Of a stretch of 64,000 nt of DNA, positions 29,093 to 37,646 are shown piece by piece. A program made the position numbers and the translations under genes. Under the pieces are notes generated by a model that was not told where the DNA came from, did not search any database, and worked only from the letters and a program-made list of their open reading frames with translations. This DNA comes from an uncultured Anaerolineaceae bacterium (GTDB lineage Bacteria > Chloroflexota > Anaerolineae > JAAYZQ01): NCBI GenBank assembly GCA_964593865.1, contig CAZQKE010000135.1:9849-73848 (forward strand). Reading direction: 5' to 3'. Numbering within the stretch: position 1 is the first letter of the stretch; every line of letters begins with the position of its first letter.

Positions 29093-30337
29093 TCAACGAG
29101 GGTACAGCTGAGGGTGCAGGTCAGAATCGGGCCACTTTAGGTGATCGCTTTCCTCATAAGAGACGTTGTGTGTAATCACCGACCGCTCGTTGGTACGGAC
29201 CAACACTACGTCCGATTCTATCATCCGGGCCGGATAGATGGTCAAATCCGCGCCGATGCGGCAATGATGGCCCACACAGCCACCCAACACCGTCATCCCC
29301 ACATCTTCCAACTGTCCCCGGTGGAAGGTGCGCAGCGGTTTGGGCAACAGGTTAAAGTCGGTAAAGGTCGTCCCTGCTCCGATGAAGGAATCACGCCCGA
29401 CCACGCAGAATTGCAGGCAGGCGTTCTGGGCCACCATCGTATCTTCCATCAAGGTAGTCATAAACAAAGAGGTGCGGAAGGGAAGGTAACACCGGTCACC
29501 GACAACGCTGATCAGCAGTTCGTTGCCGTGCAGGATGCTCACATTGTTGCCGATGATGCAGTTGGAGATCACGACCCCCGCACCGATATAGACGTTATCG
29601 CCGATGATGGTCGGCCCCTGGATGACCGCCGTGGGATCAATTTGGGTATTCCGCCCCACCTTGACCATCGCCGAATTGGAAAGAAACTGCTTTCGTTCCA
29701 GCAAGGAGCGCCAGAGGATCTTGAGCACCGTGCTGGGCTTGTTCAAGCTCCGCTCCATGCGTGCGCCCTCGGCCAGAACGCCGAACAGGCAATTGGCGAT
29801 AAAGATGTGCACCCAATTCTCTACCGAAAGAAAAGCCCGCAAAGGGATTTGGAAAACCAGGTCTCCCTTTTCCGACGACATGTGGGTCGGCACACGGTAG
29901 GAGCCAAACTCATACGCACCGCAATCGATCACCAGGGGGCGGGTGAGCTCCTCCAACCCACGGGGGTAGTACCACATGTTGGCTACATAGACATCACCTT
30001 CCCGCCGGATGCCGCTTTGCAAAGGCAAGGCGTGGGTAGTAATCACCTCATCGTCCAGGGAAAAGGCCACGCGGCAGGCTTTGCCCAAAGAGCGGGCCTT
30101 GGATAAAAAGGTCTCGATGAAGGCTTGATCAAAAAAGAGATTGTCCCGGTAGACTAGGGTTTCTTCATAACTATCGGGAATCTGCTCGAAAAAATCGGTT
30201 TCTATCTCGGAATCGCAATAAGGCTCCAGAATATCTTTTTGATGCAGCCACAGAGGCTTGTTCAACACCCGCAATTCACGCGCAGGCTCGTTGAAAGGTG
30301 GGATTTTGCGTTTGTCGCGGATGATCACTTTCCTCAT
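29093..30337 (-). CDS. Left-handed beta-helix (hexapeptide repeat) protein with a nucleotidyltransferase-like N-terminal remnant
   Basis: VGRNTQIDPTAVIQGPTIIGDNVYIGAGVVISNCIIG repeats; N-terminal LNKPLWLHQ. Confidence 0.8.
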   Translation of the reverse strand: MRKVIIRDKRKIPPFNEPARELRVLNKPLWLHQKDILEPYCDSEIETDFFEQIPDSYEETLVYRDNLFFDQAFIETFLSKARSLGKACRVAFSLDDEVITTHALPLQSGIRREGDVYVANMWYYPRGLEELTRPLVIDCGAYEFGSYRVPTHMSSEKGDLVFQIPLRAFLSVENWVHIFIANCLFGVLAEGARMERSLNKPSTVLKILWRSLLERKQFLSNSAMVKVGRNTQIDPTAVIQGPTIIGDNVYIGAGVVISNCIIGNNVSILHGNELLISVVGDRCYLPFRTSLFMTTLMEDTMVAQNACLQFCVVGRDSFIGAGTTFTDFNLLPKPLRTFHRGQLEDVGMTVLGGCVGHHCRIGADLTIYPARMIESDVVLVRTNERSVITHNVSYEESDHLKWPDSDLHPQLYPR

Positions 30338-30349
30338 GCGATCCCTCGT

Positions 30350-31012
30350 TCAATCCAACGGTCGCTTTTCGATCAAGTATGTGCAGGTTGGATCGCCTTT
30401 GGCAATGCACAGGATCTCTTCCACGCGGACGTTTTTGCCCCCCGTGACCCAGTGCAAACCCTCCTGGAGCAGCCCCAAACCGGCATGGCAGATAGGTACA
30501 TCCGAGTGTCGCCCCCAACAAACAGGGCAGCGATCAATGTGGTAGAGAAAGTGATCAATATCCTCCTCCACCCGGACGATCTGATCGCTGGTCTTGTTGA
30601 AGGTTTCGGCCATGGCGTTGATGCCGACTTTGAGCTTCATGCTCAGAGGCAAAAGGCGGAAGGCCAGATCGGCCACGCCCAGCACCGCGCCGAATTCACG
30701 GATGCCGTAATAGAACCCAGCCCGTCCGGCCCGGATGGCCAGACCGCGCCCCCCTCGCGGCCCGTACATATCGTCCAGGGCCTGGTTCAGGGCAGCCATC
30801 TCCTCAAAACTCCAGCCCAGGTCCAGGTTGTTAGGCGGATAGTTGTTGATGCGGTGGCGCAATTTGGCCAAGTTCAGAACGGCGTTGACGCCGTTCTTGC
30901 CCATCACATCCTCCAGGGCGATCAGCATCATCCGCCCCATTTTGTTGGGCCAATAATATTGCACCTTTTCTTCTTCTTCCTTGTGTTCGTGGCTGTGTTC
31001 ATTATCGGTCAT
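30350..31012 (-). CDS. V4R (4-vinyl reductase) domain protein
   Basis: CPVCWGR, ICH..LGLLQEGL, VEEILCIAKGDPTC Cys pattern. Confidence 0.88.
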   Translation of the reverse strand: MTDNEHSHEHKEEEEKVQYYWPNKMGRMMLIALEDVMGKNGVNAVLNLAKLRHRINNYPPNNLDLGWSFEEMAALNQALDDMYGPRGGRGLAIRAGRAGFYYGIREFGAVLGVADLAFRLLPLSMKLKVGINAMAETFNKTSDQIVRVEEDIDHFLYHIDRCPVCWGRHSDVPICHAGLGLLQEGLHWVTGGKNVRVEEILCIAKGDPTCTYLIEKRPLD

Positions 31013-31036
31013 CGAGTACCCCTCACAAAACGATCC

Positions 31037-31819
31037 CTAACCGGCCAGAAAATCGAGCAAAATGGCGTGGAATCGGTCGGGTTCATCCAGCATGGGGAAA
31101 TGGCGCGAATGTTCCAGGATTTCTATGCGGGAACGGGCCACACGGCGAAACAGCTCGGCCTGTTTGGGGTCCACGATCTTGTCGCCCTTCCCATAGACGC
31201 CCAGCGTCGGCATCCGCAGCGTGCCCAACCGGGGGGTGAGATCGGTACGGTGCAAGGAGTGGATGCTCCACAAGAACGATTCCAGCGTCATCTTGGATAG
31301 GTCTCGCATGAGCAGATCGTACCACTCACTCCAGTTGGCTGCGATCCAGGGGGCAAAGATTTTGATGCCCAGCCGCAACAGGGCGGGCGAGTTCCAAACC
31401 AGGAAGGCGATCCATGGATAGCCGGCCAGCTTGAGGAAAAAGTTCAGCGACCGGCCGTCCACCGGCGAGCCGACGACGGCAACTTTTTCCACCCGCTGGG
31501 GCCGGTCCAGGGCCAGATTGAGGGCAACCGTTCCCCCCATTGAATGGCCGATCACCGGCGCGTGCTGGATGCCCATGCGCTCCATGAATTGGTCAACGAG
31601 GGCAACAAAGTCCGCAATTTCGTAGCTTTCGCGGCGTTTATCCGATTCGCCAAACCCCCAAAAGTCCAAAGCATAGGCCCGGTGTCTGGGGGCCAGGGCT
31701 TCCATCGTGCCCAACCAACAACCCCACGACCCCAGCCAGCCATGCAACAGAACAACCGGTTTTCCTCGGCCATACACTTCATAGTGTACGACCCCCTGAC
31801 TGGTGACGATTGAACTCAA
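31037..31819 (-). CDS. Alpha/beta-fold hydrolase (canonical Ser)
   Basis: LLHGWLGS, DFWGFGES, GHSMGG nucleophile elbow, GKGDKIV, HFPMLDE. Confidence 0.92.
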   Translation of the reverse strand: MSSIVTSQGVVHYEVYGRGKPVVLLHGWLGSWGCWLGTMEALAPRHRAYALDFWGFGESDKRRESYEIADFVALVDQFMERMGIQHAPVIGHSMGGTVALNLALDRPQRVEKVAVVGSPVDGRSLNFFLKLAGYPWIAFLVWNSPALLRLGIKIFAPWIAANWSEWYDLLMRDLSKMTLESFLWSIHSLHRTDLTPRLGTLRMPTLGVYGKGDKIVDPKQAELFRRVARSRIEILEHSRHFPMLDEPDRFHAILLDFLAG

Positions 31820-31828
31820 TCTTTTCTC

Positions 31829-32200
31829 CTAGATGAGGCGGCTAAAGTCTTCGGCAGCCCGCCGCATATCCAAAAAGACCAAACCGAGCTTGGCATTCTG
31901 GCGGGCCAGAACGGTCAAGACCGCATCCTCCCCCACCGCCGACAGGATCACATAGCCGTTCGCGCCGCGAATGTAAACCTGATCAAGGACACCACGCCCC
32001 AGCTCACTGGCGATCCGCTCGCCCAGGCTGAGCATGGCCGCGCTCATCGCCGAGACCCGGTCCTCTTCCACATCGGGCGGCAGGGCGGAAGCGATGATCA
32101 GGCCATCCACGCTGACAACAGCCGAAGCCTCAATGTCCGGTGTATTGACCTGCAAGTCTTTGAGACGGGCGATCATTTGCTCTGTGCGCGATTGTGCCAT
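31829..32200 (-). CDS. Roadblock/LC7 domain protein (MglB/CvnB-like)
   Basis: SAVVSVDGLIIAS, AMSAAMLSLGE, VYIRGANGYV, AKLGLVF pattern; 123 aa. Confidence 0.92.
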   Translation of the reverse strand: MAQSRTEQMIARLKDLQVNTPDIEASAVVSVDGLIIASALPPDVEEDRVSAMSAAMLSLGERIASELGRGVLDQVYIRGANGYVILSAVGEDAVLTVLARQNAKLGLVFLDMRRAAEDFSRLI

Positions 32201-32260
32201 TTTTCCAATCCTTTCTTACAAAAGATGTGTATCGGTCAACTCGGTGTTGCCCAGACGAAT

Positions 32261-32800
32261 CTACTCCTCTTCGGGAGGCGTCTTTTCCAAAATGGTGTAC
32301 AATAACTCCAACAATACGTTTTTGACGCTCTCCTTATCGGTAGCCACGCAGGGCAAAATTTTGACATCAGGGCTGACCTTGAGGGCGATCCGCAGGTCTT
32401 CGGGCGGCCAAGCATCCTCCAAGTCCTGCTTGTTGGCCGCTACCACATAGGGTGTATCCGCATAATGGCGGAAGACATCCAAGATGCGGCGGGCTTCGCG
32501 AAAGGTCTCAGGACGTACACTATCCACCAGCACGATGAACCCCAACATGCCTTCGGACAGGATCTCCCACATAAAGTCAAACCGCTTCTGACCGGGAGTC
32601 CCGAACAGATAGAGCACCAGGTCATCATCCACCGTGATCCGCCCAAAGTCCATCGCCACGGTGGTTTCCTTCTTCACCCGCGAGGTCGCATCGGTGATCT
32701 TGCGTTCCGTGGAGACCACATCAATCTCACTGACGCTCTGGATGAAGGCGGTTTTGCCTGCGCTGAAAGGTCCGGTGACAACCATCTTCACTGTTTGCAT
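32261..32800 (-). CDS. MglA/CvnD-family small GTPase
   Basis: G1 GPFSAGKT, TTVAMDFG, G3 LFGTPGQKRF, G4 NKQD, CVA G5; start ATG 32800 (or GTG 32812). Confidence 0.93.
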   Translation of the reverse strand: MQTVKMVVTGPFSAGKTAFIQSVSEIDVVSTERKITDATSRVKKETTVAMDFGRITVDDDLVLYLFGTPGQKRFDFMWEILSEGMLGFIVLVDSVRPETFREARRILDVFRHYADTPYVVAANKQDLEDAWPPEDLRIALKVSPDVKILPCVATDKESVKNVLLELLYTILEKTPPEEE

Positions 32801-32865
32801 CTTTGCGCACACCTTGTCCTTAACTAGTCATGCTCTCTTCCACGCGGGCCGGTGATTGAAGCCGA

Positions 32866-33684
32866 TCACAGCCGTTTGATGCGAGCAATCAGTTTATGGA
32901 TGACAGATCGCTTGACGGCGGGCGGGCGGGAGACAACCTCAGCCGTGGGCGGGCGGCGCGGTGGTGCGCCTTCCGGCTCCACCATTTCAACCAGCCCGGC
33001 CTGCAACAGGCCGTAGATGATCTTGCGGATCTGGAAATCGTCCATACCGATCCGCTGGGCGATCTGCCTGATTGTATTGCGGGGGTTGATATAGGAAATC
33101 ACCCGCCATTCGTCCACGCTGAGATTGATGTTGCGCAGCTGAGCCTGGGGCCGGTCGGTAAACTTGAGGGCCATATCCAGGTCCGGCAACTCATCCTGGA
33201 GCCGCTCCCATTCCTTGACCCGGCGGCTGCCCTCCAAGATGATATTTTCCAGATCAATCGAGACGGTGATGACGCCGCCGGGGGGTAGCTGGTTCGGTTC
33301 AAAGTGGAACAACCCCTCCGTCCACGTGAACAAACCGTAGACGGTGTCCAAAATATCGTTGCGGACGCTGTTGATAATGTCCTCGTGGGTGACATACCCG
33401 GCGTTGATCAACAACATGCCCAGTTCTTTATCGGGCTTGTTCCCCGATTTGGTGCGGATGATCTTGGCCTGCTCTGCCGTGAGTTTGCCGTTGCGCGCCA
33501 GGATGCTGGCAAGGTGTTCATCCCGGTTGCTGTTGGTAGCGTATACCAGTTTCCCTTCCCGAAAATATAGAGCGGTCACGCCGGATTGCACCTGAATCGT
33601 CAACGCACCGGTTTTGCGAGCCAGATGGATCAGATTCAAGAGCTGCGTCGTGCTAAAGTCTCTGAGGTTTCCTTTCAGTGCCAT
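32866..33684 (-). CDS. DUF4388/PATAN-domain protein with C-terminal winged-helix
   Basis: MALKGNLRDFS..QLLNLI...KTGAL, LFTWTEGLFHF, ENIILEG; C-terminal EWRVIS..TIRQIA..GMDDFQIRKIIYGLLQAGLVE. Confidence 0.87.
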   Translation of the reverse strand: MALKGNLRDFSTTQLLNLIHLARKTGALTIQVQSGVTALYFREGKLVYATNSNRDEHLASILARNGKLTAEQAKIIRTKSGNKPDKELGMLLINAGYVTHEDIINSVRNDILDTVYGLFTWTEGLFHFEPNQLPPGGVITVSIDLENIILEGSRRVKEWERLQDELPDLDMALKFTDRPQAQLRNINLSVDEWRVISYINPRNTIRQIAQRIGMDDFQIRKIIYGLLQAGLVEMVEPEGAPPRRPPTAEVVSRPPAVKRSVIHKLIARIKRL

Positions 33685-33759
33685 CGCGATCTATCCTTTG
33701 GCAAGTTGTTGGCCCGGACCGGCTCCGAATCGGCTGCCGAGCTTCCAGCACTTGCGCCC

Positions 33760-33788
33760 ATTATACCCTGTCTCCGGGTATTAGTCAA
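33760..33788 (-). promoter_or_regulatory. Promoter of the signalling super-operon
   Basis: Minus strand TTGACT (33788-33783), 17 bp, TATAAT (33765-33760). Confidence 0.8.
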
Positions 33789-33937
33789 CTAGCCCATGAG
33801 CATTATCAACACCGGGCAGCAACAACGCATGAACTCGCCGCCGGGATCCCAGGCTAAACCGGATAGAGACACCCAAAAACTGCCTATAATCGGAAAAGGT
33901 CGCACCGTCGCCGAGGGCGGATCGATCACCACCTAAC

Positions 33938-33967
33938 TTGTGAAAAGGCGCGCTACTGTGATATAAT
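33938..33967 (+). promoter_or_regulatory. Promoter for the DUF3048 gene
   Basis: TTGTGA (33938-33943), 18 bp, TG-extended TATAAT (33962-33967). Confidence 0.6.
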
Positions 33968-34009
33968 GGACACAAGTTGGGGTAGATCGTTCCCGGAGGT
34001 TAGAATCTA

Positions 34010-35269
34010 ATGCGCAATCAACAGAGAACCTGGCAGACGATTGTAATCGCAGTGGTTCTGTTTGCCGTCGCGCTGTATGCGACCGCTTGCTTGCCCTCCG
34101 GCCCCTCCGATGTCACACCAACACCGACCAAGACGCCCAAACCCCCTCTGACCGAGATCGCCGTGCTGCCGACCGCAACACCCACCCCCACTCTGACACC
34201 TACGCCTTCCCCCACCCTCGCACCGACCGACACGCCTACCGCCACACCCGAACCGACCGAAACGCCGCCTCCCACCGTCGCCGCCTGGCCTACCCTGGCC
34301 CCCAACGTTTGCCCTCTGACCGGCCAGGAAGTCAAAGACCCGGCCTTGTTGGAACGCCGTCCCCTGGCCATCAAAATCCAGAACGCCCCCATCTCCCGGC
34401 CCCAGTACGGCTTCCCCCAAGCGGACATCGTCTACGAGCACCTCTCGGAAGCCGGCATCACCCGTTTCACCGCCATCTACCTTTGCAAACCGGTGGAAAA
34501 GATCGGCTCCGTCCGCAGTGCGCGCTTCATTGACCTGGAGATCCCGGCTATGTACAAAAGCCTCATGGCCTTTTCCGGGACCAGCGCGGGCCTCTACCCC
34601 AAATTCCTCAACGCCGATTTTTACGACCGGGAATTCTGCTACGGTTGGGGGCTGCATTCCGAAGCCTTCTACCGGGATACCGAATTGCGCCGGAAAGGCA
34701 TACCCATTGAGCACACCCTGTTCGCCAGCGCAAGCAAGATCTGGGCCATTGCCGACGAACTGGGAATCAACCAGCGGCAGGAGCTGAAAGGACTGAACTT
34801 TGGCGTAGAAGTGCCCGAAGGCGGTCAACCGGCTACCCACATCAACATCCCCTACCCCCACCGCGATATGGTGGTGGACTATCGCTACGACCCGCAACAG
34901 GGCGTATACCTGCGCTGGCAAGGCGGAGACCCCTTCTTGGACGCAGCCACCGGCAAACAGATCACCGTGACCAACGTCGTCGTCCTGTACGCAACCCACG
35001 TGGACACCGACATCTACGAAGACGAACCCCGCCGCAACCACCCTTCGGTCCAGATTCAGCTTTGGGGCACAGGGCCGGCGGTCATCTTCCGCGACGGGCA
35101 GGCCTTTGAAGGGCTATGGGCCAGGCCCCGCCGGGAGGACATGGTCGTTTTCCGCGACCCTACCGGCCAGATTCCGATCCCCCTCAAGCCCGGCAATACC
35201 TGGATGCAACTGGTCCCCTTGCCGGGGCACCGCTGGAGCTTTGAGGTCTCTTGGGATGCCGAGGAGTAG
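34010..35269 (+). CDS. DUF3048-family lipoprotein with Pro/Thr linker
   Basis: Lipobox-like ALYATAC, TPTP linker, RPLAIKIQN..RPQYG..ADIVYE...GITRF, GSVRSAR. Confidence 0.85.
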   Translation: MRNQQRTWQTIVIAVVLFAVALYATACLPSGPSDVTPTPTKTPKPPLTEIAVLPTATPTPTLTPTPSPTLAPTDTPTATPEPTETPPPTVAAWPTLAPNVCPLTGQEVKDPALLERRPLAIKIQNAPISRPQYGFPQADIVYEHLSEAGITRFTAIYLCKPVEKIGSVRSARFIDLEIPAMYKSLMAFSGTSAGLYPKFLNADFYDREFCYGWGLHSEAFYRDTELRRKGIPIEHTLFASASKIWAIADELGINQRQELKGLNFGVEVPEGGQPATHINIPYPHRDMVVDYRYDPQQGVYLRWQGGDPFLDAATGKQITVTNVVVLYATHVDTDIYEDEPRRNHPSVQIQLWGTGPAVIFRDGQAFEGLWARPRREDMVVFRDPTGQIPIPLKPGNTWMQLVPLPGHRWSFEVSWDAEE

Positions 35270-35275
35270 CATACG

Positions 35276-35692
35276 ATGGTGATCAACCGCCGTATCCGAT
35301 TTCACACCCAGGGCAACGGCCACGTCCTAGACATCACCGATCAGGTCGGTGAGGAAGTGGCCCGTTCCGGCTTGCAAAACGGCATCGTGACCATCTTTTC
35401 CCCCAGCTCCACCAGCGCACTGACAACCCTGGAATACGAATCGGGAGCCGTTTACGACCTGCAACACCTCTTCGACCGCATGATCCCTCCCGACGCCGAC
35501 TATCGCCACAACCTGCGCTGGGGGGACGGCAACGGCCACTCTCACCTGCGCAGCGCACTGCTGGGGACATCGCTCACCGTGCCTTTTGTCGAAGGGCGGC
35601 TGACCCTGGGCACTTGGCAGCAGATTATCTTTGTGGACTTTGACAACCGCCCGCGTTCTCGTTCCGTGGTGCTTCAAATCATCGGCGAATAG
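35276..35692 (+). CDS. yjbQ: YjbQ/UPF0047 family protein
   Basis: DITDQV, STSALTTLE, YRHN...DGNGHSHLRSALLG, LGTWQQI..VDFD.RPRSR. Confidence 0.92.
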   Translation: MVINRRIRFHTQGNGHVLDITDQVGEEVARSGLQNGIVTIFSPSSTSALTTLEYESGAVYDLQHLFDRMIPPDADYRHNLRWGDGNGHSHLRSALLGTSLTVPFVEGRLTLGTWQQIIFVDFDNRPRSRSVVLQIIGE

Positions 35693-35792
35693 CCGATGCA
35701 ATTTGTTAAGGTACGGCGGGAACGGCAAAGCCGCCCCTGTCATTATAGCACAGGCCCAGGGCCGCGAGCAATAGGCTGCGGGGATGAATAAA

Positions 35793-35897
35793 ACCCGACA
35801 AAGAGGACCTTCGGGGCGTAGTCCTTCCAGGTCCTCACCGGTAGCGCAAGCCCCCGGCCTGTACAAATCGCGCCCCCTGGCGGGCGGCCTGCGATTT
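35793..35897 (+). repeat. Hairpin-rich intergenic region with a degenerate REP-like unit
   Basis: GAGGACCT/AGGTCCTC and AAATCGC/GCGATTT stems; GTAGCGCAAGCCCCCGGCC resembles the 4222 unit. Confidence 0.45.
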
Positions 35898-35907
35898 CCG
35901 AGGAGAC

Positions 35908-36519
35908 ATGACCGACAGGCAACCGTTGTGGGATTGGCTACACGGACGGGCCAGACTCCGGCCCGACCTGTTGCCCCACTCCCCACCCTGGGTGCGAGCA
36001 CACTTTGATCACGCTTGGGCGCCCATGCAAGCTTTGGCACATCAGCTGCGCCCGCTCCCTGCTTCCGTGTGGGCCTGGCTGCTCGGCCAAAACGGCGGCT
36101 TTGTCCTCATCACAACCGGAGCATCCCGGTACGTTCCCGGCCCGGCCACCATCCGGCGGAAAACCGTCCAAAACGTAGCCTACATCTCCGTAGAAGACTT
36201 GGCCCGGCAGAACGAACAACCCCTCCACGTCATCGGACACCTGCTTGACCACTATCTGGGCTGCGGCGGCGCTCCCGACGGCCTTTGGCTTTCCGGCGGA
36301 GGGGGAACAACCGACCGCTGGCGGGAGGCAGGCCGCCGCCTGGAGAAACTCTTCGCCCTGGGCTACGGCCTGGACACCACGGCCCAGGCCAACGTACAGG
36401 ATTACTTTGCCCAGTCCCTGGCCTTCTACTGCCGGGACCGCCGACGCCTGAACACAGCCGATCCGCAGATCACCAAATGGTTCCGCAGCACCCTGTGGAA
36501 CCCTGCCTTTTGGAAATGA
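35908..36519 (+). CDS. Degenerate zincin (MtfA/ATLF-like) hypothetical protein
   Basis: HVIGHLLD in place of HExxH..D and NVQDYFAQSLAFY in place of N..E(Y/F)FAE; C-terminal L...DPQI..WF. Confidence 0.6.
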   Translation: MTDRQPLWDWLHGRARLRPDLLPHSPPWVRAHFDHAWAPMQALAHQLRPLPASVWAWLLGQNGGFVLITTGASRYVPGPATIRRKTVQNVAYISVEDLARQNEQPLHVIGHLLDHYLGCGGAPDGLWLSGGGGTTDRWREAGRRLEKLFALGYGLDTTAQANVQDYFAQSLAFYCRDRRRLNTADPQITKWFRSTLWNPAFWK

Positions 36520-36535
36520 CCGGAAGAGGAAAGGA

Positions 36536-37642
36536 ATGATTACATCACGTATTGAAGCTCTCCGCCGCCTGCAGAAGGCCAACGGCATCGCCTGCGTCGT
36601 TTTGATGCCCGGCGCAAACCTGCGCTATTTCACCGGCCTGGAAAAGCACCTCTCCGAACGGCCCCTGCTGGCCTTCCTCCCCGCCGATGGGGAACCGGTC
36701 CTCCTCCTGCCCGAACTGGAGGCTCCCGCCGCCCGTTCCCTGCTGGGCCGGGAGATCCGCCTGTTCACCTACCGAGATGAAGAAGGCCACGAGCACGCCT
36801 TCTACCGGGTCGCCGAAGCCCTGAACCTGGCAGGCCAACCCCTCGGCATTGAGTACCTGACCATGCGCGTCTTGGAGCTACGCCGCCTTGAGCAAGCCTT
36901 CCCGGATTGCCCCATCATGGCCGTTGAACCCTGGCTGCCGCCCCTGCGCATGAGCAAGGACGAAACCGAATTGGCCCACATGCGCCGCGCCGTCCGGATC
37001 GCCCAGGAGGCAATGCAGCGGCTGCTGGACGAAAAAGCGATCCGTCCGGGCCGCACCGAACTTGAAATCGCCGCCGATCTCAAAGTCGCCCTCCTTCGCG
37101 CCGGAAACCAGGGGGATGCCTTCGCCCCCATCGTCGTGGCGGGACCCAACTCGGCCCAACCCCATGCCACGCCGTCGGACCGACCGCTGGCCGAAGGCGA
37201 TCTGGTCATCATTGACTGGGGAGCGGTATACGCCGGCTACCGCTCCGACATCACCCGCACCTTCATCCTGGGGCAACCTACGGAGGAAATGCAACGCATC
37301 TACCGCACCGTGCGGACGGCCAACAAAGCCGCCCGCCTGACCATCCGGCCCGACAGAACCGCCCAAGACATAGACCGAGCTGCACGCCAGATCATCACCC
37401 AAGCCGGATACGGCGACTATTTCATCCACCGCACCGGTCACGGCCTGGGCCTGGAAACCCACGAACCGCCGTACATCGTCGAAGGCAACCTGGACATCCT
37501 CAAACCGGGCATGACCTTCACCGTAGAACCGGGGATCTATGTACCGGGGCTGGGCGGCGTGCGCATTGAAGACGACGTAGTCGTGACAGAGGACGGCGTG
37601 GAAACGCTAACCACCCTGCCACGAGAACTGATCGCGTTGTAA
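36536..37642 (+). CDS. Xaa-Pro dipeptidase/aminopeptidase (M24B)
   Basis: PHATPS, IIDWG, YRSDITRT, HRTGHGLGLETHE, TVEPGIY, GVRIEDDV. Confidence 0.95.
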   Translation: MITSRIEALRRLQKANGIACVVLMPGANLRYFTGLEKHLSERPLLAFLPADGEPVLLLPELEAPAARSLLGREIRLFTYRDEEGHEHAFYRVAEALNLAGQPLGIEYLTMRVLELRRLEQAFPDCPIMAVEPWLPPLRMSKDETELAHMRRAVRIAQEAMQRLLDEKAIRPGRTELEIAADLKVALLRAGNQGDAFAPIVVAGPNSAQPHATPSDRPLAEGDLVIIDWGAVYAGYRSDITRTFILGQPTEEMQRIYRTVRTANKAARLTIRPDRTAQDIDRAARQIITQAGYGDYFIHRTGHGLGLETHEPPYIVEGNLDILKPGMTFTVEPGIYVPGLGGVRIEDDVVVTEDGVETLTTLPRELIAL

Positions 37643-37646
37643 TCGT

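Noticed and set aside
33690-33755. Stem-loop in the super-operon leader (GCAAGT/ACTTGC)
   Set aside because: Short stem with no terminator or recognisable aptamer; may be a REP half-site, too weak to call.
35780-35897. c-di-GMP-I riboswitch resemblance (GCGCAAGCCCCCGGCC; also 4226-4244)
   Set aside because: Lacks the GGCAAAC/GNRA P2 element and the GCAAAG junction; better explained as REP-like palindromes.
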